Origin: the human T2T-CHM13v2.0 reference genome, Homo sapiens
Length of the DNA stretch: 64,000 bases
Reading direction: 5' to 3' (one strand)
NCBI RefSeq assembly: GCF_009914755.1
Contig: NC_060948.1
The translations under genes were made by a program, and so were the position numbers. Under the pieces are notes generated by a model. It was given only the letters and a program-made list of their open reading frames with translations. It had not been told where the DNA came from and did not search any database. Positions 23,413 through 45,180 of the stretch are shown one piece after another (position 1 is the stretch's first letter; each line of letters starts with the position of its first letter).

Positions 23413-25516
23413 AGATCCATATTTTTTAAATGAAAAAAAATTTCAAAGGTACTCTGCTTGGTACAATAATCAAATGTATAAACTGAGGAATAAAACATAA
23501 CCATGAAACCTACTTATAACTGCATATGGAAAATACAGAGGATAATTTTTTAAATAACATATTTTGAAAGCCTTAACTAGTAATTTGAAGAGTTGGCATT
23601 TGAAAGGCCAGTATGAATATACCTTCAAAGCAGCAACACAGGTTCCCCATGAGAAAAAGCAAACACAGGGAAAATAAAAACACAAAGGTTCAATCTCTTC
23701 TGACCTTTGAAAGACACAGCACAGACAGTGGTCCTTAGGACGAAGAGCAGGAGACCCCTAATTCCGTCACCATGGCGATAGGGCATAAACATTGCTGGGT
23801 GAGGGCACAATCCACATTGTGAGGTCCAACTGCTGCCAGGAAGACAGGAGTGCTTTTACATAGACCGAAAGGTCATTGAAGGCTCAGAGTTTTGTTTCAA
23901 GAACTGAATCCCAAGCCCACACGTTATTAGGCTGCGCTTCTTAAAACAAGTTATGAGATGGGAAAAAGGGCACCCACAAACATACGTATACATTATGTAT
24001 ATAATAATATACAGTATCATATATATAATATATATAACCTATGTATAATATTGTTTTACATCCTGCATCTTATGTTATATATATTGTATAAAATATAATA
24101 ATTGATAATATATAAGTTTTATAATTATACAATATGACATATAGTATATATTATAATTTATGACATATATAATATATGTTATATATCATATATAGAGTAT
24201 ATTATACGGTTAATATACGTATTAAATATAAATTATACATTATATATATTATATATAATATATCTGTTATATATAATACCCATTATGCATAATATATATA
24301 TTATGTCTATGTTATATATAGTATAAAACAACATATAATAATATATAATTGTATATATAAAATGCGACATATAATATATATTATATTTTATAACATATGT
24401 AATATATATTATATATTATCTATAATACGTTGTATGTATAATACCTATATTAAATATATATTATATGACTATGTTATTAATTACATGTCACATGTGTTAT
24501 ATATTATATATTTTAAATAGAATATACCGGTTACATACAATATATACTATGTTACCTATAATGTATAATTTATTACATGTAAAATAAGGAATGCAATATA
24601 TTATGTATAATTTATAATATACAATATGTGGAATGTGATATATATAACATATAATATATGATATATGATATACAGTATATGATATATAACATACAATATA
24701 TGATTCCTAATATATATGGTATACAATATATATTTTATGATATGTATTCTATATGTTTTATATTCTGTTATATATAACTATTTGAAATTATATATAACTG
24801 TATAATATTTTATGTAATATGTAATATAATATATATAACTATATAATATATTATATATAACTATATATTATGTTATATATACTTTTATAACATAATTTAC
24901 ATAAAATATCATAATATAATATATATTATATTATTTCATATTACATAATATATATTACATATCACCCAATATAACTAACGTACATAATATTATAATATAG
25001 ATTATATTATGTTATATTAAATATCATATATATCATGTATCATATATTCTATAGTATATATTATACATTATATAATATGTATGTTGTCTATTATGTGATA
25101 TATATAACTATATATATAATTATATTTTTATACATATAACTAGATAAACATGTAATTCTACATATTTTCATTTATAATATGTAGAATTATATAATCATAT
25201 ATAATTATTTATATTCTATAAAAAATTTTATCATTATATGAATTATAATATATAAAAATTATAATATGTACTACAAATATATATATTATATATCATATAT
25301 GATATAGTACCTTTGTTATATATCATAATACATATAAATGTGTATTATGTTATCTATAATTATATAATTTCATATATAAGATGTATAATATGTATCATAT
25401 ATTATATATGTTATGTAATATATATAGTATATATAAGATGACACAGGATAAATATTATATACTATGACATATAAAATATATGAGGTTATATGTTACATAT
25501 AATGCATAGCACATAA

Positions 25517-25831
<315 letters not shown>

Positions 25832-27931
25832 AGATCCGTATTTTTTAAATGAAAAAAAATTTCAAAGGTACTCTGCTTGGTACAATAATCAAATGTATAA
25901 ACTGAGGAATAAAACATAACCATGAAACCTACTTATAACTGCATATGGAAAATACAGAGGATAATTTTTTAAATAACATATTTTGAAAGCCTTAACTAGT
26001 AATTTGAAGAGTTGGCATTTGAAAGGCCAGTATGAATATACCTTCAAAGCAGCAACACAGGTTCCCCATGAGCAAAAGCAAACTCAGGGAAAATAAAACC
26101 ACAAAGGTTCAATCTCTTCTGACCTTTGAAAGACACAGCACAGACAGTGGTCCTTAGGACGAAGAGCAGGAGACCCCTAATTCCGTCACCATGGCGATAG
26201 GGCATAAACATTGCTGGGTGAGGGCACAATCCACATTGTGAGGTCCAACTGCTGCCAGGAAGACAGGAGTGCTTTTACATAGACCGAAAGGTCATTGAAG
26301 GCTCAGAGTTTTGTTTCAAGAACTGAATCCCAAGCCCACACGTTATTAGGCTGCGCTTCTTAAAACAAGTTATGAGATGGGAAAAAGGGCACCCACAAAC
26401 ATACGTATACATTATGTATATAATAATATACAGTATCATATATATAATATATATAACCTATGTATAATATAGTTTTACATCCTGCATCTTATGTTATATA
26501 TATTGTATAAAATATAATAATTGATAATATATAAGTTTTATAATTATACAATATGACATATAGTATATAATTTATGACATATATAATATATGTTATATAT
26601 CATATATAGAATATATTATACGGTTAATATACGTATTAAATATAAATTATACATTATATATATTATATATAATATATCTGTTATATATAATACCCATTAT
26701 GCATAATATATATATTATGTCTATGTTATATATAGTATAAAACAACATATAATAATATATAATTGTATATATAAAATGCGACATATAATATATATTATAT
26801 TTTATAACATATGTAATATATATTATATATTATATATAATACGTTGTATGTATAATACCTATATTAAATATATATTATATGACTATGTTATTAATTACAT
26901 GTCACATGTGTTATATATTATATATTTTACATAGAATATACCGGTTAGATACAATATATACTATGTTACCTATAATGTATAATTTATTACATGTAAAATA
27001 AAGAATGCAATATATTATGTATAATTTATAATATACAATATGTGGAATGTGATATATATAACATATAATATATGATATATGATATACAGTATATGATATA
27101 TAACATACAATATATGATTCCTAATATATATGGTATACAATATATATTTTATGATATGTATTCTATATGTTTTATATTCTGTTATATATAACTATTTGAA
27201 ATTATATATAACTGTATAATATTTTATGTAAATATGTAATATAATATATATAACTATATAATATATTATATATAACTATATATTATGTTATATATACTTT
27301 TATAACATAATTTACATAAAATATCATAATATAATATATATTATATTATTTCATATTACATAATATATATTACATATCACCCAATATAACTAACATACAT
27401 AATATTATAATATAGATTATATTATGTTATATTAAATATCATATATATCATGTATCATATATTCTATAATATATATTACACTTTATATAATATGTATGTT
27501 GTCTATTATGTGATATATATAACTATATATATAATTATATTTTTATACATATAACTAGATAACCATGTAATTCTACATATTTTCATTTATAATATGTAGA
27601 ATTATATAATCATATACAATTATTTATATTCTATAAAAAATTTTATCATTATATAAATTATAATATATAAAAATTATAATATGTACTACAAATATATATA
27701 TTATATATCATATATGATATAGTACCTTTGTTATATATCATAATACATATAAATGTGTATTATGTTATCTATAATTATATAATTTCATATATAAGGTGTA
27801 TAATATGTATCATATATTATATATGTTATGTAATATATATAGTATATATAAGATGACACAGGATAAATATTATATACTATGACATATAAAATATATGAGG
27901 TTATATGTTACATATAAGGCATAGCACATAA

Positions 27932-28246
<315 letters not shown>

Positions 28247-30351
28247 AGATCCATATTTTTTAAATGAAAAAAAATTTCAAAGGTACTCTGCTTGGTACAA
28301 TAATCAAATGTATAAACTGAGGAATAAAACATAACCATGAAACCTACTTATAACTGCATATGGAAAATACAGAGGATAATTTTTTAAATAACATATTTTG
28401 AAAGCCTTAACTAGTAATTTGAAGAGTTGGCATTTGAAAGGCCAGTATGAATATACCTTCAAAGCAGCAACACAGGTTCCCCATGAGAAAAAGCAAACTC
28501 AGGGAAAATAAAACCACAAAGGTTCAATCTCTTCTGACCTTTGAAAGACACAGCACAGACAGTGGTCCTTAGGACGAAGAGCAGGAGACCCCTAATTCCG
28601 TCACCATGGCGATAGGGCATAAACATAGCTGGGTGAGGGCACAATCCACATTGTGAGGTCCAACTGCTGCCAGGAAGACAGGAGTGCTTTTACATAGACC
28701 GAAAGGTCATTGAAGGCTCAGAGTTTTGTTTCAAGAACTGAATCCCAAGCCCACACGTTATTAGGCTGCGCTTCTTAAAACAAGTTATGAGATGGGAAAA
28801 AGGGCACCCACAAACATACGTATACATTATGTATATAATAATATACAGTATCATATATATAATATATATAACCTATGTATAATATTGTTTTACATCCTGC
28901 ATCTTATGTTATATATATTGTATAAAATATAATAATTGATAATATATAAGTTTTATAATTATACAATATGACATATAGTATATATTATAATTTATGACAT
29001 ATATAATATATGTTATATATCATATATAGAATATATTATACGGTTAATATACGTATTAAATATAAATTATACATTATATATATTATATATAATATATCTG
29101 TTATATATAATACCCATTATGCATAATATATATATTATGTCTATGTTATATATAGTATAAAACAACATATAATAATATATAATTGTATATATAAAATGCG
29201 ACATATAATATATATTATATTTTATAACATATGTAATATATATTATATATTATATATAATACGTTGTATGTATAATACCTATATTAAATATATATTATAT
29301 GACTATGTTATTAATTACATGTCACATGTGTTATATATTATATATTTTACATAGAATATACCGGTTAGATACAATATAAACTATGTTACCTATAATGTAT
29401 AATTTATTACATGTAAAATAAAGAATGCAATATATTATGTATAATTTATAATATACAATATGTGGATTGTGATATATATAACATATAATATATGATATAT
29501 GATATACAGTATATGATATATAACATACAATATATGATTCCTAATATATATGGTATACAATATATATTTTATGATATGTATTCTATATGTTTTATATTCT
29601 GTTATATATAACTATTTGAAATTATATATAACTGTATAATATTTTATGTAAATATGTAATATAATATATATAACTATATAATATATTATATATAACTATA
29701 TATTATGTTATGTATACTTTTATAACATAATTTACATAAAATATCATAATATAATATATATTATATTATTTCATATTACATAATATATATTACATATCAC
29801 CCAATATAACTAACATACATAATATTATAATATAGATTATATTATGTTATATTAAATATCATATATATCATGTATCATATATTCTATAATATATATTACA
29901 CATTATATAATATGTATGTTGTCTATTATGTGATATATATAACTATATATATAATTATATTTTTATACATATAACTAGATAAACATGTAATTCTACATAT
30001 TTTCATTTATAATATGTAGAATTATATAATCATATATAATTATTTATATTCTATAAAAAATTTTATCATTATATAAATTATAATATATAAAAATTATAAT
30101 ATGTACTACAAATATATATATTATATATCATATATGATATAGTACCTTTGTTATATATCATAATACATATAAATGTGTATTATGTTATCTATAATTATAT
30201 AATTTCATATATAAGGTGTATAATATGTATCATATATTATATATGTTATGTAATATATATAGTATATATAAGATGACACAGGATAAATATTATATACTAT
30301 GACATATAAAATATATGAGGTTATATGTTACATATAAGGCATAGCACATAA

Positions 30352-30666
<315 letters not shown>

Positions 30667-32773
30667 AGATCCATATTTTTTAAATGAAAAAAAATTTCAA
30701 AGGTACTCTGCTTGGTACAATAATCAAATGTATAAACTGAGGAATAAAACATAACCATGAAACCTACTTATAACTGCATATGGAAAATACAGAGGATAAT
30801 TTTTTAAATAACATATTTTGAAAGCCTTAACTAGTAATTTGAAGAGTTGGCATTTGAAAGGCCAGTATGAATATACCTTCAAAGCAGCAACACAGGTTCC
30901 CCATGAGAAAAAGCAAACACAGGGAAAATAAAAACACAAAGGTTCAATCTCTTCTGACCTTTGAAAGACACAGCACAGACAGTGGTCCTTAGGACGAAGA
31001 GCAGGAGACCCCTAATTCCGTCACCATGGCGATAGGGCATAAACATTGCTGGGTGAGGGCACAATCCACATTGTGAGGTCCAACTGCTGCCAGGAAGACA
31101 GGAGTGCTTTTACATAGACCGAAAGGTCATTGAAGGCTCAGAGTTTTGTTTCAAGAACTGAATCCCAAGCCCACACGTTATTAGGCTGCGCTTCTTAAAA
31201 CAAGTCATGAGATGGGAAAAAGGGCACCCACAAACATACGTATACATTATGTATATAATAATATACAGTATCATATATATAATATATATAACCTATGTAT
31301 AATATTGTTTTACATCCTGCATCTTATGTTATATATATTGTATAAAATATAATAATTGATAATATATAAGTTTTATAATTATACAATATGACATATAGTA
31401 TATATTATAATTTATGACATATATAATATATGTTATATATCATATATAGAATATATTATATGGTTAATATACGTATTAAATATAAATTATACCTTATATA
31501 TATTATATATAATATATCTGTTATATATAATACCCATTATGCATAATATATATATTATGTCTATGTTATATATAGTATAAAACAACATATAATAATATAT
31601 AATTGTATATATAAAATGCGACATATAATATATATTATATTTTATAACATATGTAATATATATTATATATTATATATAATACGTTGTATGTATAATACCT
31701 ATATTAAATATATATTATATAACTATGTTATTAATTACATGTCACATGTGTTATATATTATATATTTTACATAGAATATACCGGTTACATACAATATATA
31801 CTATGTTACCTCTAATGTATAATTGATTACATGTAAAATAAAGAATGCAATATATTATGTATAATTTATAATATACAATATGTGGAATGTGACATATGTA
31901 ACATATAATATATGATATATGATATACAGTATATGATATATAACATACAATATATGATTCCTAATATATATGGTATACAATATATATTTTATGATATGTA
32001 TTCTATATGTTTTATATTCTGTTATATATAACTATTTGAAATTATATATAACTGTATAATATTTTATGTAAATATGTAATATAATATATATAACTATATA
32101 ATATATTATATATAACTATATATTATGTTATATATATTTTTATAACATAATTTACATAAAATATCATAATATTATATATATTATATTATTTCATATTACA
32201 TAATATATATTACATATCACCCAATATAACTAACATACATAATATTATAATATAGATTATATTATGTTATATTAAATATCATACATATCATGTATCATAT
32301 ATTCTATAATATATATTACACATTATATAATATGTATGTTGTCTATTATGTGATATATATAACTATATATATAATTATATTTTTATACATATAACTAGAT
32401 AAACATGTAATTCTACATATTTTCATTTATAATATGTAGAATTATATAATCATATATAATTATTTATATTCTATAAAAAATTTTATCATTATATAAATTA
32501 TAATATATAAAAATTATAATATGTACTACAAATATATATATATTATATATAATATATGATATAGTACCTTTGTTATATATCATAATACATATAAATGTGT
32601 ATTATATTATCTATAATTATATAATTTCATATATAAGATGTATAATATGTATCATATAATATATATGTTATGTAATATATATAGTATATATAAGATGACA
32701 CAGGATAAATATTATATACTATGACATATAAAATATATGAGGTTATATGTTACATATAAGGCATAGCACATAA

Positions 32774-33088
<315 letters not shown>

Positions 33089-35191
33089 AGATCCATATTT
33101 TTTAAATGAAAAAAAATTTCAAAGGTACTCTGCTTGGTACAATAATCAAATGTATAAACTGAGGAATAAAACATAACCATGAAACCTACTTATAACTGCA
33201 TATGGAAAATACAGAGGATAATTTTTTAAATAACATATTTTGAAAGCCTTAACTAGTAATTTGAAGAGTTGGCATTTGAAAGGCCAGTATGAATATACCT
33301 TCAAAGCAGCAACACAGGTTCCCCATGAGAAAAAGCAAACACAGGGAAAATAAAAACACAAAGGTTCAATCTCTTCTGACCTTTGAAAGACACAGCACAG
33401 ACAGTGGTCCTTAGGACGAAGAGCAGGAGACCCCTAATTCCGTCACCATGGCGATAGGGCATAAACATTGCTGGGTGAGGGCACAATCCACATTGTGAGG
33501 TCCAACTGCTGCCAGGAAGACAGGAGTGCTTTTACATAGACCGAAAGGTCATTGAAGGCTCAGAGTTTTGTTTCAAGAACTGAATCCCAAGCCCACACGT
33601 TATTAGGCTGCGCTTCTTAAAACAAGTTATGAGATGGGAAAAAGGGCACCCACAAACATACGTATACATTATGTATATAATAATATACAGTATCATATAT
33701 ATAATATATAACCTATGCATAATATTGTTTTACATCCTGCATCTTATGTTATATATATTGTATAAAATATAATAATTGATAATATATAAGTTTTATAATT
33801 ATACAATATGACATATAGTATATATTATAATTTATGACATATATAATATATGTTATATATCATATATAGAATATATTATACGGTTAATATACGTATTAAA
33901 TATAAATTATACCTTATATATATTATATATAATATATCTGTTATATATAATACCCATTATGCATAATATATATATTATGTCTATGTTATATATAGTATAA
34001 AACAACATATAATAATATATAATTGTATATATAAAATGCGACATATAATATATATTATATTTTATAACATATGTAATATATATTATATATTATATATAAT
34101 ACGTTGTATGTATAATACCTATATTAAATATATATTATATAACTATGTTATTAATTACATGTCACATGTGTTATATATTATATATTTTACATAGAATATA
34201 CCGGTTACATACAATATATACTATGTTACCTATAATGTAAAATTGATTACATGTAAAATAAAGAATGCAATATATTATGTATAATTTATAATATACAATA
34301 TGTGGAATGTGACATATGTAACATATAATATATGATATATGATATACAGTATATGATATATAACATACAATATATGATTCCTAATATATATGGTATACAA
34401 TATATATTTTATGATATGTATTCTATATGTTTTATATTCTGTTATATATAACTATTTGAAATTATATATAACTGTATAATATTTTATGTAAATATGTAAT
34501 ATAATATATATAACTATATAATATATTATATATAACTATATATTATGTTATATATACTTTTATAACATAATTTACATAAAATATCATAATATAATATATA
34601 TTATATTATTTCATATTACATAATATATATTACATATCACCCAATATAACTAACATACATAATATTATAATATAGATTATATTATGTTATATTAAATATC
34701 ATATATATCATGTATCATATATTCTATAATAGATAGTACACATTATATAATATGTATGTTGTCTATTATGTGATATATATAACTATATATATAATTATAT
34801 TTTTATACATATAACTAGATAAACATGTAATTCTACATATTTTCATTTATAATATGTAGAATTATATAATCATATATAATTATTTATATTCTATAAAAAA
34901 TTTTATCATTATATAAATTATAATATATAAAAATTATAATATGTACTACAAATATATATATTATATATCATATATGATATAGTACCTTTGTTATATATCA
35001 TAATACATATAAATGTGTATTATGTTATCTATAATTATATAATTTCATATATAAGGTGTATAATATGTATCATATATTATATATGTTATGTAATATATAT
35101 AGTATATATAAGATGACACAGGATAAATATTATATACTATGACATATAAAATATATGAGGTTATATGTTACATATAAGGCATAGCACATAA

Positions 35192-35506
<315 letters not shown>

Positions 35507-37611
35507 AGATCCATATTTTTTAAATGAAAAAAAATTTCAAAGGTACTCTGCTTGGTACAATAATCAAATGTATAAACTGAGGAATAAAACATAACCATGA
35601 AACCTACTTATAACTGCATATGGAAAATACAGAGGATAATTTTTTAAATAACATATTTTGAAAGCCTTAACTAGTAATTTGAAGAGTTGGCATTTGAAAG
35701 GCCAGTATGAATATACCTTCAAAGCAGCAACACAGGTTCCCCATGAGAAAAAGCAAACACAGGGAAAATAAAAACACAAAGGTTCAATCTCTTCTGACCT
35801 TTGAAAGACACAGCACAGACAGTGGTCCTTAGGACGAAGAGCAGGAGACCCCTAATTCCGTCACCATGGCGATAGGGCATAAACATTGCTGGGTGAGGGC
35901 ACAATCCACATTGTGAGGTCCAACTGCTGCCAGGAAGACAGGAGTGCTTTTACATAGACCGAAAGGTCATTGAAGGCTCAGAGTTTTGTTTCAAGAACTG
36001 AATCCCAAGCCCACACGTTATTAGGCTGCGCTTCTTAAAACAAGTTATGAGATGGGAAAAAGGGCACCCACAAACATACGTATACATTATGTATATAATA
36101 ATATACAGTATCATATATATAATATATATAACCTATGTATAATATTGTTTTACATCCTGCATCTTATGTTATATATATTGTATAAAATATAATAATTGAT
36201 AATATATAAGTTTTATAATTATACAATATGACATATAGTATATATTATAATTTATGACATATATAATATATGTTATATATCATATATAGAATATATTATA
36301 CGGTTAATATACGTATTAAATATAAATTATACCTTATATATATTATATATAATATATCTGTTATATATAATACCCATTATGCATAATATATATATTATGT
36401 CTATGATATATATAGTATAAAACAACATATAATAATATATAATTGTATATATAAAATGCGACATATAATATATATTATATTTTATAACATATGTAATATA
36501 TATTATATATTATATATAATACGTTGTATGTATAATACCTATATTAAATATATATTATATAACTATGTTATTAATTACATGTCACATGTGTTATATATTA
36601 TATATTTTACATAGAATATACCGGTTACATACAATATATACTATGTTACCTATAATGTATAATTGATTACATGTAAAATAAAGAATGCAATATATTATGT
36701 ATAATTTATAATATACAATATGTGGAATGTGACATATGTAACATATAATATATGATATATGATATACAGTATATGATATATAACATACAATATATGATTC
36801 CTAATATATATGGTATACAATATATATTTTATGATATGTATTCTATATGTTTTATATTCTGTTATATATAACTATTTGAAATTATATATAACTGTATAAT
36901 ATTTTATGTAAATATGTAATATAATATATATAACTATATAATATATTATATATAACTATATATTATGTTATATATACTTTTATAACATAATTTACATAAA
37001 ATATCATAATATAATATATATTATATTATTTCATATTACATAATATATATTACATATCACCCAATATAACTAACATACATAATATTATAATATAGATTAT
37101 ATTATGTTATATTAAATATCATACATATCATGTATCATATATTCTATAATAGATAGTACACATTATATAATATGTATGTTGTCTATTATGTGATATATAT
37201 AACTATATATATAATTATATTTTTATACATATAACTAGATAAACATGTAATTCTACATATTTTCATTTATAATATGTAGAATTATATAATCATATATAAT
37301 TATTTATATTCTATAAAAAATTTTATCATTATATAAATTATAATATATAAAAATTATAATATGTACTACAAATATATATATTATATATCATATATGATAT
37401 AGTACCTTTGTTATATATCATAATACATATAAATGTGTATTATGTTATCTATAATTATATAATTTCATATATAAGGTGTATAATATGTATCATATATTAT
37501 ATATGTTATGTAATATATATAGTATATATAAGATGACACAGGATAAATATTATATACTATGACATATAAAATATATGAGGTTATATGTTACATATAAGGC
37601 ATAGCACATAA

Positions 37612-37926
<315 letters not shown>

Positions 37927-40029
37927 AGATCCATATTTTTTAAATGAAAAAAAATTTCAAAGGTACTCTGCTTGGTACAATAATCAAATGTATAAACTGA
38001 GGAATAAAACATAACCATGAAACCTACTTATAACTGCATATGGAAAATACAGAGGATAATTTTTTAAATAACATATTTTGAAAGCCTTAACTAGTAATTT
38101 GAAGAGTTGGCATTTGAAAGGCCAGTATGAATATACCTTCAAAGCAGCAACACAGGTTCCCCATGAGAAAAAGCAAACACAGGGAAAATAAAAACACAAA
38201 GGTTCAATCTCTTCTGACCTTTGAAAGACACAGCACAGACAGTGGTCCTTAGGACGAAGAGCAGGAGACCCCTAATTCCGTCACCATGGCGATAGGGCAT
38301 AAACATTGCTGGGTGAGGGCACAATCCACATTGTGAGGTCCAACTGCTGCCAGGAAGACAGGAGTGCTTTTACATAGACCGAAAGGTCATTGAAGGCTCA
38401 GAGTTTTGTTTCAAGAACTGAATCCCAAGCCCACACGTTATTAGGCTGCGCTTCTTAAAACAAGTTATGAGATGGGAAAAAGGGCACCCACAAACATACG
38501 TATACATTATGTATATAATAATATACAGTATCATATATATAATATATAACCTATGTATAATATTGTTTTACATCCTGCATCTTATGTTATATATATTGTA
38601 TAAAATATAATAATTGATAATATATAAGTTTTATAATTATACAATATGACATATAGTATATATTATAATTTATGACATATATAATATATGTTATATATCA
38701 TATATAGAATATATTATACGGTTAATATACGTATTAAATATAAATTATACCTTATATATATTATATATAATATATCTGTTATATATAATACCCATTATGC
38801 ATAATATATATATTATGTCTATGTTATATATAGTATAAAACAACATATAATAATATATAATTGTATATATAAAATGCGACATATAATATATATTATATTT
38901 TATAACATATGTAATATATATTATATATTATATATAATACGTTGTATGTATAATACCTATATTAAATATATATTATATAACTATGTTATTAATTACATGT
39001 CACATGTGTTATATATTATATATTTTACATAGAATATACCGGTTACATACAATATATACTATGTTACCTATAATGTATAATTGATTACATGTAAAATAAA
39101 GAATGCAATATATTATGTATAATTTATAATATACAATATGTGGAATGTGACATATGTAACATATAATATATGATATATGATATACAGTATATGATATATA
39201 ACATACAATATATGATTCCTAATATATATGGTATACAATATATATTTTATGATATGTATTCTATATGTTTTATATTCTGTTATATATAACTATTTGAAAT
39301 TATATATAACTGTATAATATTTTATGTAAATATGTAATATAATATATATAACTATATAATATATTATATATAACTATATATTATGTTATATATACTTTTA
39401 TAACATAATTTACATAAAATATCATAATATAATATATATTATATTATTTCATATTACATAATATATATTACATATCACCCAATATAACTAACATACACAA
39501 TATTATAATATAGATTATATTATGTTATATTAAATATCATATATATCATGTATCATATATTCTATAATAGATAGTACACATTATATAATATGTATGTTGT
39601 CTATTATGTGATATATATAACTATATATATAATTATATTTTTATACATATAACTAGATAAACATGTAATTCTACATATTTTCATTTATAATATGTAGAAT
39701 TATATAATCATATATAATTATTTATATTCTATAAAAAATTTTATCATTATATAAATTATAATATATAAAAATTATAATATGTACTACAAATATATATATT
39801 ATATATCATATATGATATAGTACCTTTGTTATATATCATAATACATATAAATGTGTATTATGTTATCTATAATTATATAATTTCATATATAAGGTGTATA
39901 ATATGTATCATATATTATATATGTTATGTAATATATATAGTATATATAAGATGACACAGGATAAATATTATATACTATGACATATAAAATATATGAGGTT
40001 ATATGTTACATATAAGGCATAGCACATAA

Positions 40030-40344
<315 letters not shown>

Positions 40345-42449
40345 AGATCCGTATTTTTTAAATGAAAAAAAATTTCAAAGGTACTCTGCTTGGTACAATA
40401 ATCAAATGTATAAACTGAGGAATAAAACATAACCATGAAACCTACTTATAACTGCATATGGAAAATACAGAGGATAATTTTTTAAATAACATATTTTGAA
40501 AGCCTTAACTAGTAATTTGAAGAGTTGGCATTTGAAAGGCCAGTATGAATATACCTTCAAAGCAGCAACACAGGTTCCCCATGAGAAAAAGCAAACACAG
40601 GGAAAATAAAAACACAAAGGTTCAATCTCTTCTGACCTTTGAAAGACACAGCACAGACAGTGGTCCTTAGGACGAAGAGCAGGAGACCCCTAATTCCGTC
40701 ACCATGGCGATAGGGCATAAACATTGCTGGGTGAGGGTACAATCCACATTGTGAGGTCCAACTGCTGCCAGGAAGACAGGAGTGCTTTTACATAGACCGA
40801 AAGGTCATTGAAGGCTCAGAGTTTTGTTTCAAGAACTGAATCCCAAGCCCACACGTTATTAGGCTGCGCTTCTTAAAACAAGTTATGAGATGGGAAAAAG
40901 GGCACCCACAAACATACGTATACATTATGTATATAATAATATACGGTATCATATATATAATATATATAACCTATGTATAATATTGTTTTACATCCTGCAT
41001 CTTATGTTATATATATTGTATAAAATATAATAATTGATAATATATAAGTTTTATAATTATACAATATGACATATAGTATATATTATAATTTATGACATAT
41101 ATAATGTATGTTATATATCATATATAGAGTATATTATACGGTTAATATACGTATTAAATATAAATTATACATTATATATATTATATATAATATATCTGTT
41201 ATATATAATACCCATTATGCATAATATATATATTATGTCTATGTTATATATAGTATAAAACAACATATAATAATATATAATTGTATATATAAAATGCGAC
41301 ATAGAATATATATTATATTTTATAACATATGTAATATATATTATATATTTTATATAATACGTTGTATGTATAATACCTATATTAAATATATATTATATGA
41401 CTATGTTATTAATTACATGTCACATGTGTTATATATTATATATTTTACATAGAATATACCGGTTACATACAATATATACTATGTTACCTGTAATGTATAA
41501 TTGATTACATGTAAAATAAAGAATGCAATATATTATGTAAAATTTATAATATACAATATGTGGAATGTGATATATGTAATATATAATATATGATATATGA
41601 TATACAGTATATGATATATAACATACAATATATGATTCCTAATATATATGGTATACAATATATATTTTATGATATGTATTCTATATGTTTTATATTCTGT
41701 TATATATAACTATTTGAAATTATATATAACTGTATAATATTTTATGTAAATATGTAATATAATATATATAACTATATAATATATTATATATAACTATATA
41801 TTATGTTATGTATACTTTTATAACATAATTTACATAAAATATCATAATATAATATATATTATATTATTTCATATTACATAATATATATTACATATCACCC
41901 AATATAACTAACATACATAATATTATAATATAGATTATATTATGTTATATTAAATATCATATATATCATGTATCATATATTCTATAATAGATAGTACACA
42001 TTATATAATATGTATGTTGTCTATTATGTGATATATATAACTGTATATATAATTATATTTTTATACATATAACTAGATAAACATGTAATTCTACATATTT
42101 TCATTTATAATATGTAGAATTATATAATCATATATAATTATTTATATTCTATAAAAAATTTTATCATTATATAAATTATAATATATAAAAATTATAATAT
42201 GTACTACAAATATATATATTATATATCATATATGATATAGTACCTTTGTTATATATCATAATACATATAAATGTGTATTATGTTATCTATAATTATATAA
42301 TTTCATATATAAGGTGTATAATATGTATCATATATTATATATGTTATGTAATATATATAGTATATATAAGATGACACAGGATAAATATTATATACTATGA
42401 CATATAAAATATATGAGGTTATATGTTACATATAAGGCATAGCACATAA

Positions 42450-42764
<315 letters not shown>

Positions 42765-44865
42765 AGATCCATATTTTTTAAATGAAAAAAAATTTCAAAG
42801 GTACTCTGCTTGGTACAATAATCAAATGTATAAACTGAGGAATAAAACATAACCATGAAACCTACTTATAACTGCATATGGAAAATACAGAGGATAATTT
42901 TTTAAATAACATATTTTGAAAGCCTTAACTAGTAATTTGAAGAGTTGGCATTTGAAAGGCCAGTATGAATATACCTTCAAAGCAGCAACACAGGTTCCCC
43001 ATGAGAAAAAGCAAACACAGGGAAAATAAAAACACAAAGGTTCAATCTCTTCTGACCTTTGAAAGACACAGCACAGACAGTGGTCCTTAGGACGAAGAGC
43101 AGGAGACCCCTAATTCCGTCACCATGGCGATAGGGCATAAACATTGCTGGGTGAGGGCACAATCCACATTGTGAGGTCCAACTGCTGCCAGGAAGACAGG
43201 AGTGCTTTTACATAGACCGAAAGGTCATTGAAGGCTCAGAGTTTTGTTTCAAGAACTGAATCCCAAGCCCACACGTTATTAGGCTGCGCTTCTTAAAACA
43301 AGTTATGAGATGGGAAAAAGGGCACCCACAAACATACGTATACATTATGTATATAATAATATACAGTATCATATATATAATATATATAACCTATGTATAA
43401 TATTGTTTTACATCCTGCATCTTATGTTATATATATTGTATAAAATATAATAATTGATAATATATAAGTTATATAATTATACAATATGACATATAGTATA
43501 TATTATAATTTATGACATATATAATATATGTTATATATCATATATAGAATATATTATACGGTTAATATACGTATTAAATATAAATTATACCTTATATATA
43601 TTATATATATCTGTTATATATAATACCCATTATGCATAATATATATATTATGTCTATGTTATATATAGTATAAAACAACATATAATAATATATAATTGTA
43701 TATATAAAATGCGACATATAATATATATTATATTTTATAACATATGTAATATATATTATATATTATATATAATACGTTGTATGTATAATACCTATATTAA
43801 ATAGATATTATATGACTATGTTATTAATTACATGTCACATGTGTTATATATTATATATTTTACATAGAATATACCGGTTACATACAATATATACTATGTT
43901 ACCTATAATGTATAATTTATTACATGTAAAATAAAGAATGCAATATATTATGTATAATTTATAATATACAATATGTGGAATGTGACATATGTAACATATA
44001 ATATATGATATATGATATACAGTATATGATATATAACATACAATATATGATTCCTAATATATATGGTATACAATATATATTTTATGATATGTATTCTATA
44101 TGTTTTATATTCTGTTATATATAACTATTTGAAATTATATATAACTGTATAATATTTTATGTAAATATGTAATATAATATATATAACTATAGAATATATT
44201 ATATATAACTATATATTATGTTATATATACTTTTATAACATAATTTACATAAAATATCATAATATAATATATATTATATTATTTCATATTACAAAATATA
44301 TATTACATATCACCCAATATAACTAACATACATAATATTATAATATAGATTATATTATGTTATATTAAATATCATATATATCATGTATCATATATTCTAT
44401 AATATATATTACACATTATATAATATGTATGTTGTCTATTATGTGATATATATAACTATATATATAATTATATTTTTATACATATAACTAGATAAACATG
44501 TAATTCTACATATTTTCATTTATAATATGTAGAATTATATAATCATATATAATTATTTATATTCTATAAATATTTTATCATTATATAAATTATAATATAT
44601 AAAAATTATAATATGTACTACAAATATATATATATTATATATCATATATGATATAGTACCTTTGTTATATATCATAATACATATAAATGTGTATTATGTT
44701 ATCTATAATTATATAATTTCATATATAAGATGTATAATATGTATCATATATTATATATGTTATGTAATATATATAGTATATATAAGATGACACAGGATAA
44801 ATATTATATACTATGACATATAAAATATATGAGGTTATATGTTACATATAAGGCATAGCACATAA

Positions 44866-45180
<315 letters not shown>

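Noticed and set aside
33532-33720. 62-aa minus-strand ORF unique to one unit
   Set aside because: Created by a 2-bp TA deletion plus a nearby substitution; the Y/I-rich start is simply translated AT repeat.
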